Assembly: GCA_964469405.1 (NCBI GenBank)
Contig: CAYXYP010000002.1
Span: forward strand, 9,338 to 73,337
Reading direction: 5' to 3'
DNA length: 64,000 nt
Source of the DNA: an uncultured Candidatus Saccharibacteria bacterium
Lineage (GTDB): Bacteria > Patescibacteriota > Minisyncoccia > Phycocordibacterales > Phycocordibacteraceae
The notes under the pieces were generated by a model. The model was not told the origin of the DNA. It worked only from the letters and a program-made list of their open reading frames with translations, and did no database searches. Both the position numbers and the translations under genes were made by a program. Shown here in pieces: positions 30,015 through 37,843 of this stretch. Every line of letters starts with the position of its first letter. Within the stretch, counting starts at the first letter, position 1.

Positions 30015-30287
30015 GATCTCTCTCCCATTACAAAACGATTATCTTAAATCATTTCATTTGGAGAGAGTACCTACGGGGACCAATCTTGGCTCATGAGACA
30101 CCTCCTTTCCAGTTGTTTATATCATTAAGGAACTACTGACACTCAGACCACAACATACAGCAAGTGACAAATACTGTCAAGACTCTCCTCCCCTGCACCC
30201 TGTGGATAGGCCATTGTGCGACAATACGACCCTGCGTCTATAGGGTCGTATTTCTTAAAAAGGAGCCCCGCTCGAAGCAAATAATTC

Positions 30288-31094
30288 TTACCGAATCTCG
30301 TACGTAATCGAGACCGATGCGTTATACGTATTCTCACCAACTGGTAAATTCGGTGCTGGCTCCGCCTTTGCATCCGCCCGAGACATACCAAGACCGTACA
30401 TCGGGGACGCATACCCACCTGACGACTCACTGAAATTCACAATCTTCCCGAGATGGACGCCGAGCTGCTTCGCGAGAAGCTTCGCCTGTACTTTCGCTTT
30501 ATCGATTGCGTCAGCTCGAGCAGCGTCGTAACCGGCAGTTGCGTCATCGAGCGCAAACGCGGGGCCGTTTATGTTCTGGACCTCGAGCTTACCAAGCCCA
30601 CCAAGGAGCGTACCTACAGCAGAGAGATCACGCATAGTCACCTGTATTGTTTCAGACACTTGGTAGCCGGTTATTTTAGGTGTGCCACTATAATAATCTG
30701 GACAGACCCCTCCTCGCGGACAAGGATTCGGATATGAGTACTGTGGTGAAATATTGTATGAGAGCGTCTTTACATCCTTTTCATCAACATTCTGCCCTTT
30801 TACATATTCAATTGCGGCATTTGCTTGTTTCGTGGTCACCGCTTGTGCATCGGCAACAGTTGCGGCGATATTTTCAACAGTGAAAGAAATGCGCGCGACG
30901 TCCGGTGGGAGCGTTGCTTGACCAGAACCCTGAACCGTAACCGTATCAGTCGCGGGGACGTCTGGACGACCGAAATTCCCAGCGATGGTTATAGTTTGTG
31001 CGAGCAAAAAAAGCGCAAGAATGCCGAGAGCTCCGATAAGCGCGATGCGTACGCTGCCATTATCGAAAATCTCATAGAGAGGATTGTTGTTCAT
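30288..31094 (-). CDS. SIMPL/DUF541-family periplasmic protein
   Basis: TM anchor then VTVQGSGQATLPPDVARISFTVE... SIMPL-like segment. The ORF track extends it to 31241; the internal MNNNP start is more likely. Confidence 0.7.
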   Translation of the reverse strand: MNNNPLYEIFDNGSVRIALIGALGILALFLLAQTITIAGNFGRPDVPATDTVTVQGSGQATLPPDVARISFTVENIAATVADAQAVTTKQANAAIEYVKGQNVDEKDVKTLSYNISPQYSYPNPCPRGGVCPDYYSGTPKITGYQVSETIQVTMRDLSAVGTLLGGLGKLEVQNINGPAFALDDATAGYDAARADAIDKAKVQAKLLAKQLGVHLGKIVNFSESSGGYASPMYGLGMSRADAKAEPAPNLPVGENTYNASVSITYEIR

Positions 31095-31173
31095 GTCGGA
31101 AAACGAATTATGAATTAATACCGACAGTATAGCATCGAGCTCGTTACCAAACGAGCAGACTCCGGGAGCAAAT

Positions 31174-31821
31174 TTATCCTCCTTGTAGAGTCGTGAGAAG
31201 CTTCCGGAGCGCTGAATGAGCTCGAAGCGTTGAGGTATCAAGGTTCGGATTGGTCCAGTTCATGACTTCTGTATCTAACGCATCGAAACGCAACACGTCG
31301 TTTGCTCGAGCAAGATAATAGGCAGTATCGATAACACCCTCAAACCGTTCTATAGAAACGACCGTGAAGCGATGCGTGCCAAGCACCGTAGAAGAATAGG
31401 CAGTCGCACCAACCGGCTGTCCGGAAGCTCCACCAATGGCTGTTTTTTGAATAGTCATCAGTGCGGTTGAAGATGCGCTAATTTCATGGCGACGGATGAT
31501 GATGCTGGAACGTTTCGTCGACGAAGCTTCGGTAGGCAGTTCATAGGCAGCAATGCTCGCAGCATCGGGGAGCTCGGCTACAACAAAATCCATCGGTATG
31601 GCGAATGCGATGCCGATATCTGATAGTGAAATATTTGGAAGCGGACATTCGGCGAAGACGCAAGAAGGCCCAGTACGCGCGATCGAAGTACCATCAGGAC
31701 ACTGCAGAGCATCAAGAGGGCACGTAATCGGCTTTGTCGGATGTTCAACTGCATTTCGATACACGAATCCGCCAATCCCAATAATGACGATGGCCAAAAG
31801 ACCAAGAAATAAACTCTTCAT
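31174..31821 (-). CDS. Hypothetical secreted Cys-containing protein
   Basis: Signal-anchor MKSLFLGLLAIVIIGIGGFV from the internal Met at 31821. The longer ORF beyond that would overlap tRNA-His. Confidence 0.5.
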   Translation of the reverse strand: MKSLFLGLLAIVIIGIGGFVYRNAVEHPTKPITCPLDALQCPDGTSIARTGPSCVFAECPLPNISLSDIGIAFAIPMDFVVAELPDAASIAAYELPTEASSTKRSSIIIRRHEISASSTALMTIQKTAIGGASGQPVGATAYSSTVLGTHRFTVVSIERFEGVIDTAYYLARANDVLRFDALDTEVMNWTNPNLDTSTLRAHSALRKLLTTLQGG

Positions 31822-31842
31822 TCGCGCATGGTACCACGCAAC

Positions 31843-31918
31843 TGGGGCGACTATCGGGAATCGAACCCGAATTGAGAGCTCCACAAGCTCCAGTGTTAAC
31901 CGTTACACCATAGTCGCC
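31843..31918 (-). tRNA. tRNA-His (anticodon GTG), with G-1 and encoded CCA
   Basis: Manual fold: G-1 pairs with C73, acceptor GCGACTA/TAGTCGC, D-stem GTGT/ACAC, anticodon loop TTGTGGA, T-arm TCGGG-TTCGATT-CCCGA. Confidence 0.9.
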
Positions 31919-31987
31919 ATGTTCATACCTAATCTGTCGATAGGCTCGATATTTTTATAACACGAAAACGGAAAGTGCGCGAAGAAA

Positions 31988-32592
31988 TTAATATCGAGGA
32001 TTTTCCTCTGCGACACCCTTAATATGATTTGCGAGACGTGCAAATGCAAAGAGCAACGACGAAAGACGATTTATGTATGCCATAGTTTCTTTTGTAGGAG
32101 AACATGCTTGCGCTTCTACCGCAGCGATAAGCCTCCTCTCGGTGCGGCGCGCGATGGTCCGCGCGACGTCGAGGAGCGCGGAGAGTTCAGTTCCCCCAGC
32201 AATGGAAAACCCTTTAATCGGGGGATCTCATTTTCTATATTGTTTACCAATTCCTCGACCTCTCGCACAGCAGACTTCCCCACTTTCTTATCTGCGCCAG
32301 CGACCTCCGCTTGAACGATAAAAAGTGTTTCTTGTACGGCACGTAGTCCGCCCTGAATACGCGACTCTCCGACGCTGCGCATTTTCACAAACCCAAGAAA
32401 TGCATTCAGCTCATCAAGCGCACCAAGTGCTTCCGGCACGAGTGATGATTTAGAGATCCGCTGCTGATTGCAGCCGAACGTCTTCGTTGTGCCATCGTCT
32501 CCTTTACCAGTAAAAAGCATATGCGGTGATCGTGCGCTTAGTATACCTTTCCAAGAATGTAAAAACAGAACGGGACGTGTCTTATCAGACAC
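31988..32592 (-). pseudogene. ATP:cob(I)alamin adenosyltransferase, PduO type, interrupted by a 1-nt frameshift near 32205
   Basis: Frame 1 (32592-32116) reads MLFTGKGDDGTTKTFGCNQQRISKSSLVPEALGALDELNAF...IPRLKGF. The C-terminal part continues in another frame to the stop at 31988 as FSIAGGTELSALLDVARTIARRTERRLIAAV...YINRLSSLLFAFARLANH. The shift is at the homopolymer-rich stretch AAAGGGTTTT. Confidence 0.6.
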
Positions 32593-32613
32593 GTCCCGTT
32601 TACGGCTATTGCT

Positions 32614-33507
32614 CTACGCTTGTTCAAGAACAGTTTTGCGAGCTTTTTCTATTTTATCATCAGGAGTTCGCTTAAGGTCTGTGGCCAATCCAAGCTTTGA
32701 CAGTCCAAGAATTATCCACTTGGACGGGTCGAAATTGTACCAAAGTAGACCATTTCGAAAATCTCTCGGGAAGGCATGGTGGTAATTGTGATACCCTTCG
32801 CCGAAAGTAACGAGGGATACAATCCAGCTATCCTGCGACGAATTCGCTCGGGTATATGGTTGACTGCTTCCCCAATGTCTCATGTGGGCAAGGCTATTGA
32901 TGAAGAACGTTGCATGCCACACGAGAATGGATGCGGAAACTCGAGAAATGAAACCTCCAAGAGGATCACCCCAGAGAGACGCAATAAGGACCGGCATGAT
33001 TCCCCAAAAAAAGATGATCAGCAGGTAGTAATTCTTGTGCTGAAAATTCACGAGCTGTGCGGTCCATGAATCCTCAGTGAGATGATCTGCTGCGCTGAAA
33101 TCTCCCTTTTTCCTGTCGGGATCCTTGAAAAGAATCCAACCGATATGTGAGTGCCAAAATCCTCGTGCCGCATTGTAAGGATCCTCGTCTTTGTCGGTTT
33201 TCTGATGGTGAATAACATGGCCAGAAACCCATACCTTGATGGTATTTTCAATAGCGGTTGTTCCGCAGATCGCGAGAATCGTCTGCACTACTTTCCCGCA
33301 TTTGAAAGAACGGTGGGTGAAAAAACGATGGTATCCGACCGTAATTCCAAGTCCACTTATGAAGAACCAGACTACGCCTGAAGCGATAGTCTGCCACTTC
33401 CAGTGACCGAGAGCTAGGGTATAGAAGCCGTAAAACGCGATAACGTGAACTACGCCCATGAAGATGGCGTTCTGCAAATACAGTTTTCCCTTCTTTGGTG
33501 CCATCAT
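32614..33507 (-). CDS. Membrane fatty-acid desaturase (Delta9 acyl-CoA/acyl-lipid desaturase family)
   Basis: Three His boxes HRFFTHRSF, HVIHHQKTD and HNYHHAFP, plus four TM segments. Confidence 0.85.
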   Translation of the reverse strand: MMAPKKGKLYLQNAIFMGVVHVIAFYGFYTLALGHWKWQTIASGVVWFFISGLGITVGYHRFFTHRSFKCGKVVQTILAICGTTAIENTIKVWVSGHVIHHQKTDKDEDPYNAARGFWHSHIGWILFKDPDRKKGDFSAADHLTEDSWTAQLVNFQHKNYYLLIIFFWGIMPVLIASLWGDPLGGFISRVSASILVWHATFFINSLAHMRHWGSSQPYTRANSSQDSWIVSLVTFGEGYHNYHHAFPRDFRNGLLWYNFDPSKWIILGLSKLGLATDLKRTPDDKIEKARKTVLEQA

Positions 33508-33602
33508 TCATTCACCTCCTTCCCCTAATAACAGATTGTTCAATGTGCTCTATCCTCCCCCAAGATAACAGATTGTCAGAAATTCGAAACGAGTTCCCTA
33601 AT

Positions 33603-33695
33603 GGTGCGCCGCTTTGGACAGAATTAGAACTTTATACAACACTCGCGATTCCGAACTCCTCAGGACATTAGCTATTATTCGGGATTTGGAAAGGA
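33603..33695. repeat. Repeat R copy 1: conserved block covering the last 7 codons plus 72 nt of 3' UTR of small paralog 1
   Basis: About 97% identical to 34873-34965 and about 85% to 36001-36095. Confidence 0.8.
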
Positions 33696-33923
33696 GGCAT
33701 CATGGTCGTCGCAAGAATCTGCCAAAGGCGGCGTAGGACGGCCGCTATGTTCGCCGGGTAGCGGACTATAGATAATCAGGTAGAGATTGATGAGGCGGCT
33801 TGCCATTTCCCGAGCCTCTTCCTCCTCAATGATCTTGCCGCACTCTTTTGCGTATATGACTCTAAATTCTTCGATTGATTCTTTTGGTGGATACATCTCT
33901 GGAGCATACGCAGGCACTCCCAA
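33675..33923 (-). CDS. Small conserved protein, paralog 1 of 3 (82 aa)
   Basis: IEEFRVIYAKECGKIIEEEEAREMASRLINLYLIIYSPLPGEH...SFPNPE; paralogs at 34945-35166 and 36072-36293. Confidence 0.6.
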   Translation of the reverse strand: MGVPAYAPEMYPPKESIEEFRVIYAKECGKIIEEEEAREMASRLINLYLIIYSPLPGEHSGRPTPPLADSCDDHDASFPNPE

Positions 33924-33934
33924 AAGGGCAGGAA

Positions 33935-34699
33935 TTACTTCTCAGAGTCTCTGTCTATTCGCTGTGTGCGGCTTCGTGTCAGGGTTTCCTTTCTCATCTC
34001 AAATAGGAGCTCCTTCATAACTTCAGGTTTAACCCGTATGTATGGAACTCCGTTGATAACTTCTTCTTCAATGTACGCCGGTAAGGACTGACGCCGATAC
34101 ACCGCAGGATCGTTCATATCCACACGAATAGTTTCTATTGGTTGATGAAAGAGTCTATTAACTACACAACCTGTAATTTCAGTATTGGTCGAGCTACCTT
34201 CCAATCGTAAGACCCACACACGCCTAAATGGGCCTGGGGAAAGGAGACTCTCTTTCAACTGCTCGACCCACGTCGGGCTTTGCGCGTTATTCAAGTAGAT
34301 AAGGAGATCGTAGTTTGTAGTTGAATAATGGTTTTCAAGTTTCCCTTTAATGATCACTCTTGCCTCCTCAATGCTCGTGCACCGCGGCGGCACCTCAACC
34401 AGTTCTATTTGTGCAAAACCAATACCGGGTGGATTTCCATCAAATACCAGGAGGCTGAAGTCAGGAAATTGATCCTTAACGGGCAACAAGAACCAATCTA
34501 AACCCGTGACCTTCTTCATTGCGACCATAAAGTACATAAGAGCAAAGCTCTCCCTATCTTTCTTTACATTCTCATCGGTGCTCGAGAAAAACTTCTTGGA
34601 ACCAATGCGCTTGAGTGTCGTTTCCATCTTTCTCAGCACCGCAATCCAATCTGAAAGAAGCAAAGAGTTGCTAGAAATGAAGCTTGGTTCCTGGGACAT
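33935..34699 (-). CDS. Hypothetical protein (254 aa), variable partner gene upstream of small paralog 1
   Basis: Ends 12 nt before the paralog-1 start; no recognisable domain. Confidence 0.5.
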   Translation of the reverse strand: MSQEPSFISSNSLLLSDWIAVLRKMETTLKRIGSKKFFSSTDENVKKDRESFALMYFMVAMKKVTGLDWFLLPVKDQFPDFSLLVFDGNPPGIGFAQIELVEVPPRCTSIEEARVIIKGKLENHYSTTNYDLLIYLNNAQSPTWVEQLKESLLSPGPFRRVWVLRLEGSSTNTEITGCVVNRLFHQPIETIRVDMNDPAVYRRQSLPAYIEEEVINGVPYIRVKPEVMKELLFEMRKETLTRSRTQRIDRDSEK

Positions 34700-34750
34700 T
34701 CATACATTGAAGCGAATGTCTGTCGCTTTGACTAGGCGGGGAACGACACA

Positions 34751-34872
34751 GAAAGGTTCGAATCCTGGACAGTGTCAACTGAACGAAACAAAAAATACCG
34801 ACAGTCGCGTAAAAAAGCCCTGAATTACAGGGCTTTTTAACGGCGTGATATTTTGCCTGCGAGACAAGAACT
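34751..34872. repeat. Repeat U copy 1: about 124-nt unit with a tRNA T-arm-like GGTTCGAATCC motif (34755-34765) and a bidirectional hairpin terminator (34811-34838)
   Basis: AAAAAAGCCCTGAATTACAGGGCTTTTT; copies at 35877-36000 and 36341-36465. Confidence 0.8.
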
Positions 34873-34965
34873 GGTGCGCCACTTTGGACAGAATTAGAAC
34901 TTTATACAACACTCGCGATTCCGAACTCCTCAGGACATTAGCTATTATTCGGGACTTGGAGAGGA
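34873..34965. repeat. Repeat R copy 2
   Basis: See R copy 1. Confidence 0.8.
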
Positions 34966-35166
34966 AGCTTGGAGCTCTCCAAGATGATCTTCCGAAGGCG
35001 GCATAGGGTGCTTAGGGATCTCGCCGGGTAGCGGACAGTAGATGATGAAGTAGAGCTCTATCAGACGATCGGTCATCTCAATTGCATCCCTCTCCGATAA
35101 GTACTTCCCGAATTCTTCCTGGTACAACTTCCGGAATTCATCAATGCTGGTTTTGTGTGTATGCAT
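34945..35166 (-). CDS. Small conserved protein, paralog 2 of 3 (73 aa)
   Basis: SIDEFRKLYQEEFGKYLSERDAIEMTDRLIELYFIIYCPLPGE...SSPSPE. Confidence 0.6.
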   Translation of the reverse strand: MHTHKTSIDEFRKLYQEEFGKYLSERDAIEMTDRLIELYFIIYCPLPGEIPKHPMPPSEDHLGELQASSPSPE

Positions 35167-35263
35167 GAGTACGGTCTACCCATGTCTCAGAAATCTTCAA
35201 GGGTTGCCACAAACAAAAAGAGCCAGGTTGTGTAACCTGACTCTTTTGATATAACGTTTACAA

Positions 35264-35587
35264 CTACCGAGCACAGAACTTCCCAGCTGGTTGGTTTTCA
35301 TAAATGGAATAGACTCGTCGTTGGCCATAGATGACCTTTTCGCCTGGTTGGAGATCTTTGCAGACACGTGTGCGACGCAGGAGTTTTCCGTTGCCGTCAT
35401 AATCGTGCCTCACCCACCAAGAGCCACCTGAACACCTGATCTGTCCATCAGTTTTCAAGATGAGCATTCGGCGACCCCAAAGCGGATAGAAATCGTAGCT
35501 ATGGGGCTCATTCTCGTTTCCACTACCCATCTCCCATCCCACAAGATGATCGAGACGAGCAAACACTCTTTGGAGCAAGGTTGTCAT
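35264..35587 (-). CDS. Hypothetical protein (107 aa), variable partner gene upstream of small paralog 2
   Basis: Trp/Gly-rich; no recognisable domain. Confidence 0.4.
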   Translation of the reverse strand: MTTLLQRVFARLDHLVGWEMGSGNENEPHSYDFYPLWGRRMLILKTDGQIRCSGGSWWVRHDYDGNGKLLRRTRVCKDLQPGEKVIYGQRRVYSIYENQPAGKFCAR

Positions 35588-35876
35588 GAACCCTCCTATC
35601 TTTCAATTGGGACAGTTTGAACAATCGTTTTCACACTTTCATGACCTGGTCGATGGGTGAGGATTAGAATTGTGCCGCGTTCCTCTCCTTGGAAATATTC
35701 GACAGTCTCTCCTCGCTTCTGTACTCGAGCCACCCTACCTCCGCCCGCTTTCTTTTCCATGCCATTTCCTTTCTGTGATCCATCAAAGAGCTGTTATGAA
35801 TTGTCTTCGCTGCTGTGGGAAAGTAAAGCACCCATGGTCGAGACTGTCACGAGAGGTGTTTCGGCAGGGTGCGAGA

Positions 35877-36000
35877 AAAAGGTTCGAATCCTATACAGAG
35901 TCGACAGGACAGATTTAGAAAGGCCGGCAATGCAACAAAAAAGCCCTTAGTTACAGGGCTTTTTTGTGTAGTGATATTTTGCCTACGAGGCAACGTGCGG
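35877..36000. repeat. Repeat U copy 2 (T-arm-like motif at 35881-35891; hairpin at 35937-35965)
   Basis: See U copy 1. Confidence 0.8.
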
Positions 36001-36095
36001 GTGCACCGCTTTGGACAGAATCAGAACTTTGTATAACGCTCGCGATCCTGAACTGCTCCACACACTCGCCATTATTCGGGATTTGGAAAGGAAGC
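36001..36095. repeat. Repeat R copy 3 (the most diverged copy)
   Basis: See R copy 1. Confidence 0.7.
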
Positions 36096-36293
36096 ATCAT
36101 ACTCGTCGCAAGAATCTGCCAAAGGCGGCGTAGTGACGTCGTTATGTTCACCGGGCAACGGGCGATACAAAATCTGGTAGAGACCGATCAAGCGTGCTAC
36201 CATCTCGATCGCATCTTCTTCAGATAGGTACTTCCCACACTCCTCCTGGTACAGCTTTCGAAATTCATCAATGCTATTTGTGTGTATGGGCAT
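36072..36293 (-). CDS. Small conserved protein, paralog 3 of 3 (73 aa)
   Basis: SIDEFRKLYQEECGKYLSEEDAIEMVARLIGLYQILYRPLPGEH...SFPNPE. Confidence 0.6.
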   Translation of the reverse strand: MPIHTNSIDEFRKLYQEECGKYLSEEDAIEMVARLIGLYQILYRPLPGEHNDVTTPPLADSCDEYDASFPNPE

Positions 36294-36340
36294 ACCTACT
36301 CTCTACCCGTATATCAAAACTCTTCAAGTTTCTGGCTTCA

Positions 36341-36465
36341 GAAAGGTTCGAGTCCTACACAGAGTCAGCAGAACAGATTTAAAAAAGCTCGTGAAGCAGC
36401 AAAAAAGCCCTGAATTACAGGGCTTTTTTACGGTGTGAAATTTTGCCTGCGAGGCAATGTGCGAG
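36341..36465. repeat. Repeat U copy 3, directly abutting the tRNA-Leu(GAG) 3' end (T-arm-like motif at 36345-36355; hairpin at 36401-36429)
   Basis: See U copy 1. Confidence 0.8.
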
Positions 36466-36549
36466 TGCCCAGGAGAGGACTCGAACCTCCAAGCCCTTTC
36501 GGGCGCTACCACCTCAAGGTAGTACGTCTACCAATTTCGCCACCTGGGC
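36466..36549 (-). tRNA. tRNA-Leu (anticodon GAG), type II with long variable arm; no encoded CCA
   Basis: Manual fold: acceptor GCCCAGG/CCTGGGC, anticodon loop TTGAGGT, variable arm CGCCCGAAAGGGCTT, T-arm GGAGG-TTCGAGT-CCTCT. Confidence 0.9.
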
Positions 36550-36572
36550 AACGGAAACACTATAAACGAAAA

Positions 36573-36605
36573 ACCGCCGATCGCAAAGCGATCGGCGGTT
36601 TTTCC
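36573..36605. terminator. Bidirectional hairpin terminator downstream of rplS
   Basis: ACCGCCGATCGC-AAA-GCGATCGGCGGT flanked by an A-run and a T-run. Confidence 0.7.
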
Positions 36606-36614
36606 TCTTAAAAT

Positions 36615-37067
36615 CTAAGCTGCAACTTCTTCCTTCGCTTCCTCTGCAGGAACGACCGCTTCATCACTCTTCATGTTCATCATGCGTGCGTTGCGCAGCT
36701 GGCGGCGGACCGCTTTGGTTGCCTTCTCACGGATGAAGTAGAGTTTGGCGCGACGGACCTTGGAACGCTTTACAATCTCGATCGAATCAATTGAAGGGGT
36801 ATAGAGTGGAAAAGTCTTCTCAACACCGACACCCGAGAGCGTCGCACGGACAGTAAACATTGCCCCGGCTTCCGTACCGTGCTTGGTCGAGAGGACAAGA
36901 CCTTCGAAAGTCTGTTTACGAACGTTTTTTGTGGTCTTCTCTTTTTTGTCGGTGCCACGACCTTTCTTGAGTTCAACAATATTCTGCACGACGCGCACAG
37001 TATCACCCGAGCGAATGCCGAGCTTCGCGCGTCCTTCTACGTTCACCGGAGTTATAACTTTCTGCAT
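36615..37067 (-). CDS. rplS: 50S ribosomal protein L19 with C-terminal extension
   Basis: L19 core (GDTVRVVQNIVE...RKQTFEGLVLS). Confidence 0.9.
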   Translation of the reverse strand: MQKVITPVNVEGRAKLGIRSGDTVRVVQNIVELKKGRGTDKKEKTTKNVRKQTFEGLVLSTKHGTEAGAMFTVRATLSGVGVEKTFPLYTPSIDSIEIVKRSKVRRAKLYFIREKATKAVRRQLRNARMMNMKSDEAVVPAEEAKEEVAA

Positions 37068-37110
37068 GTGTCGAGCACTCTAGCACGCGTTGTAAGAGAG
37101 AGCAAACTCA

Positions 37111-37821
37111 CTACCCTAGCGAGGAGAGTGTCGCGCTCATACCGGGAAAATGGGCAAATGCGGGTGCAAGATCGTCCGGTATGGGCGCAACAATGCGGAC
37201 GCGGCCACCCGAAGGAAGCGGAATATTCAGCACATACGCATGAAGACCGAGGCGCTTTATACCGAGTGCGGCGGGATGATTCGGAGCATACAAAGGATCA
37301 CCGACAATCGGGTGATGGATTGCTTTCAAATGCACGCGAATCTGATGAGTTCTACCAGTCTCAGGAGTCATCCGCAGAAGTGCATACTCGCCAGTCTCAG
37401 CGAGAACCTCGTAGTGTGTAAGAGCGTCGCGCAAGAGTCCTTTAGCTTTTGGTTGTGCACTTCGAAGACGGAAATCACTGCGCGAACGACCGATATCGAA
37501 ATCAATAGTTCCCTGCTTCTTTTTAGGCGCTCCATACACGAAAGCCAGATACTCCTTCTTCACTTCCCTGTCATGAAATGCTTTCCTTAAGAACTCATAG
37601 GCTACTGCATGTTTCGCAAAGACGAGTACTCCCGAAGTATCACGATCAAGTCGATGTACGTACCCAGAAGAGGGCGGCGTAGTAGTTTCTATTTTATATT
37701 TTGATGTAAACCAATCCTCGGCTGTTTCTTCCTGTGTCCTCCCATCCGAGTGCGTTATAAGCCCTGCGGGCTTCGCAATCGCAACAATGTCGGCATCTTC
37801 ATAGAGAATAGAGAGTTCCAT
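37111..37821 (-). CDS. RluA-family pseudouridine synthase
   Basis: HRLDRDTSGVL catalytic-Asp motif. Confidence 0.85.
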   Translation of the reverse strand: MELSILYEDADIVAIAKPAGLITHSDGRTQEETAEDWFTSKYKIETTTPPSSGYVHRLDRDTSGVLVFAKHAVAYEFLRKAFHDREVKKEYLAFVYGAPKKKQGTIDFDIGRSRSDFRLRSAQPKAKGLLRDALTHYEVLAETGEYALLRMTPETGRTHQIRVHLKAIHHPIVGDPLYAPNHPAALGIKRLGLHAYVLNIPLPSGGRVRIVAPIPDDLAPAFAHFPGMSATLSSLG

Positions 37822-37843
37822 TACCCCACAGTATCATTCCCAA

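Noticed and set aside
33603-33695. Repeat R as a degenerate tRNA-Leu pseudogene copy (att remnant)
   Set aside because: Only patchy similarity (about 60% over short segments such as GGACAGAATTAGAAC vs GGAGAGGACTCGAAC), with no consistent full-length alignment to the tRNA. The observation is recorded, but the call is not supported.
33603-36465. CRISPR array
   Set aside because: The repeats are 93-124 nt long and imperfect; the 'spacers' are 0.3-1.2 kb and contain protein-coding genes; no cas genes are present. It is not a CRISPR locus.
36324-36512. 62-aa minus-strand ORF
   Set aside because: Overlaps tRNA-Leu(GAG) and repeat U3
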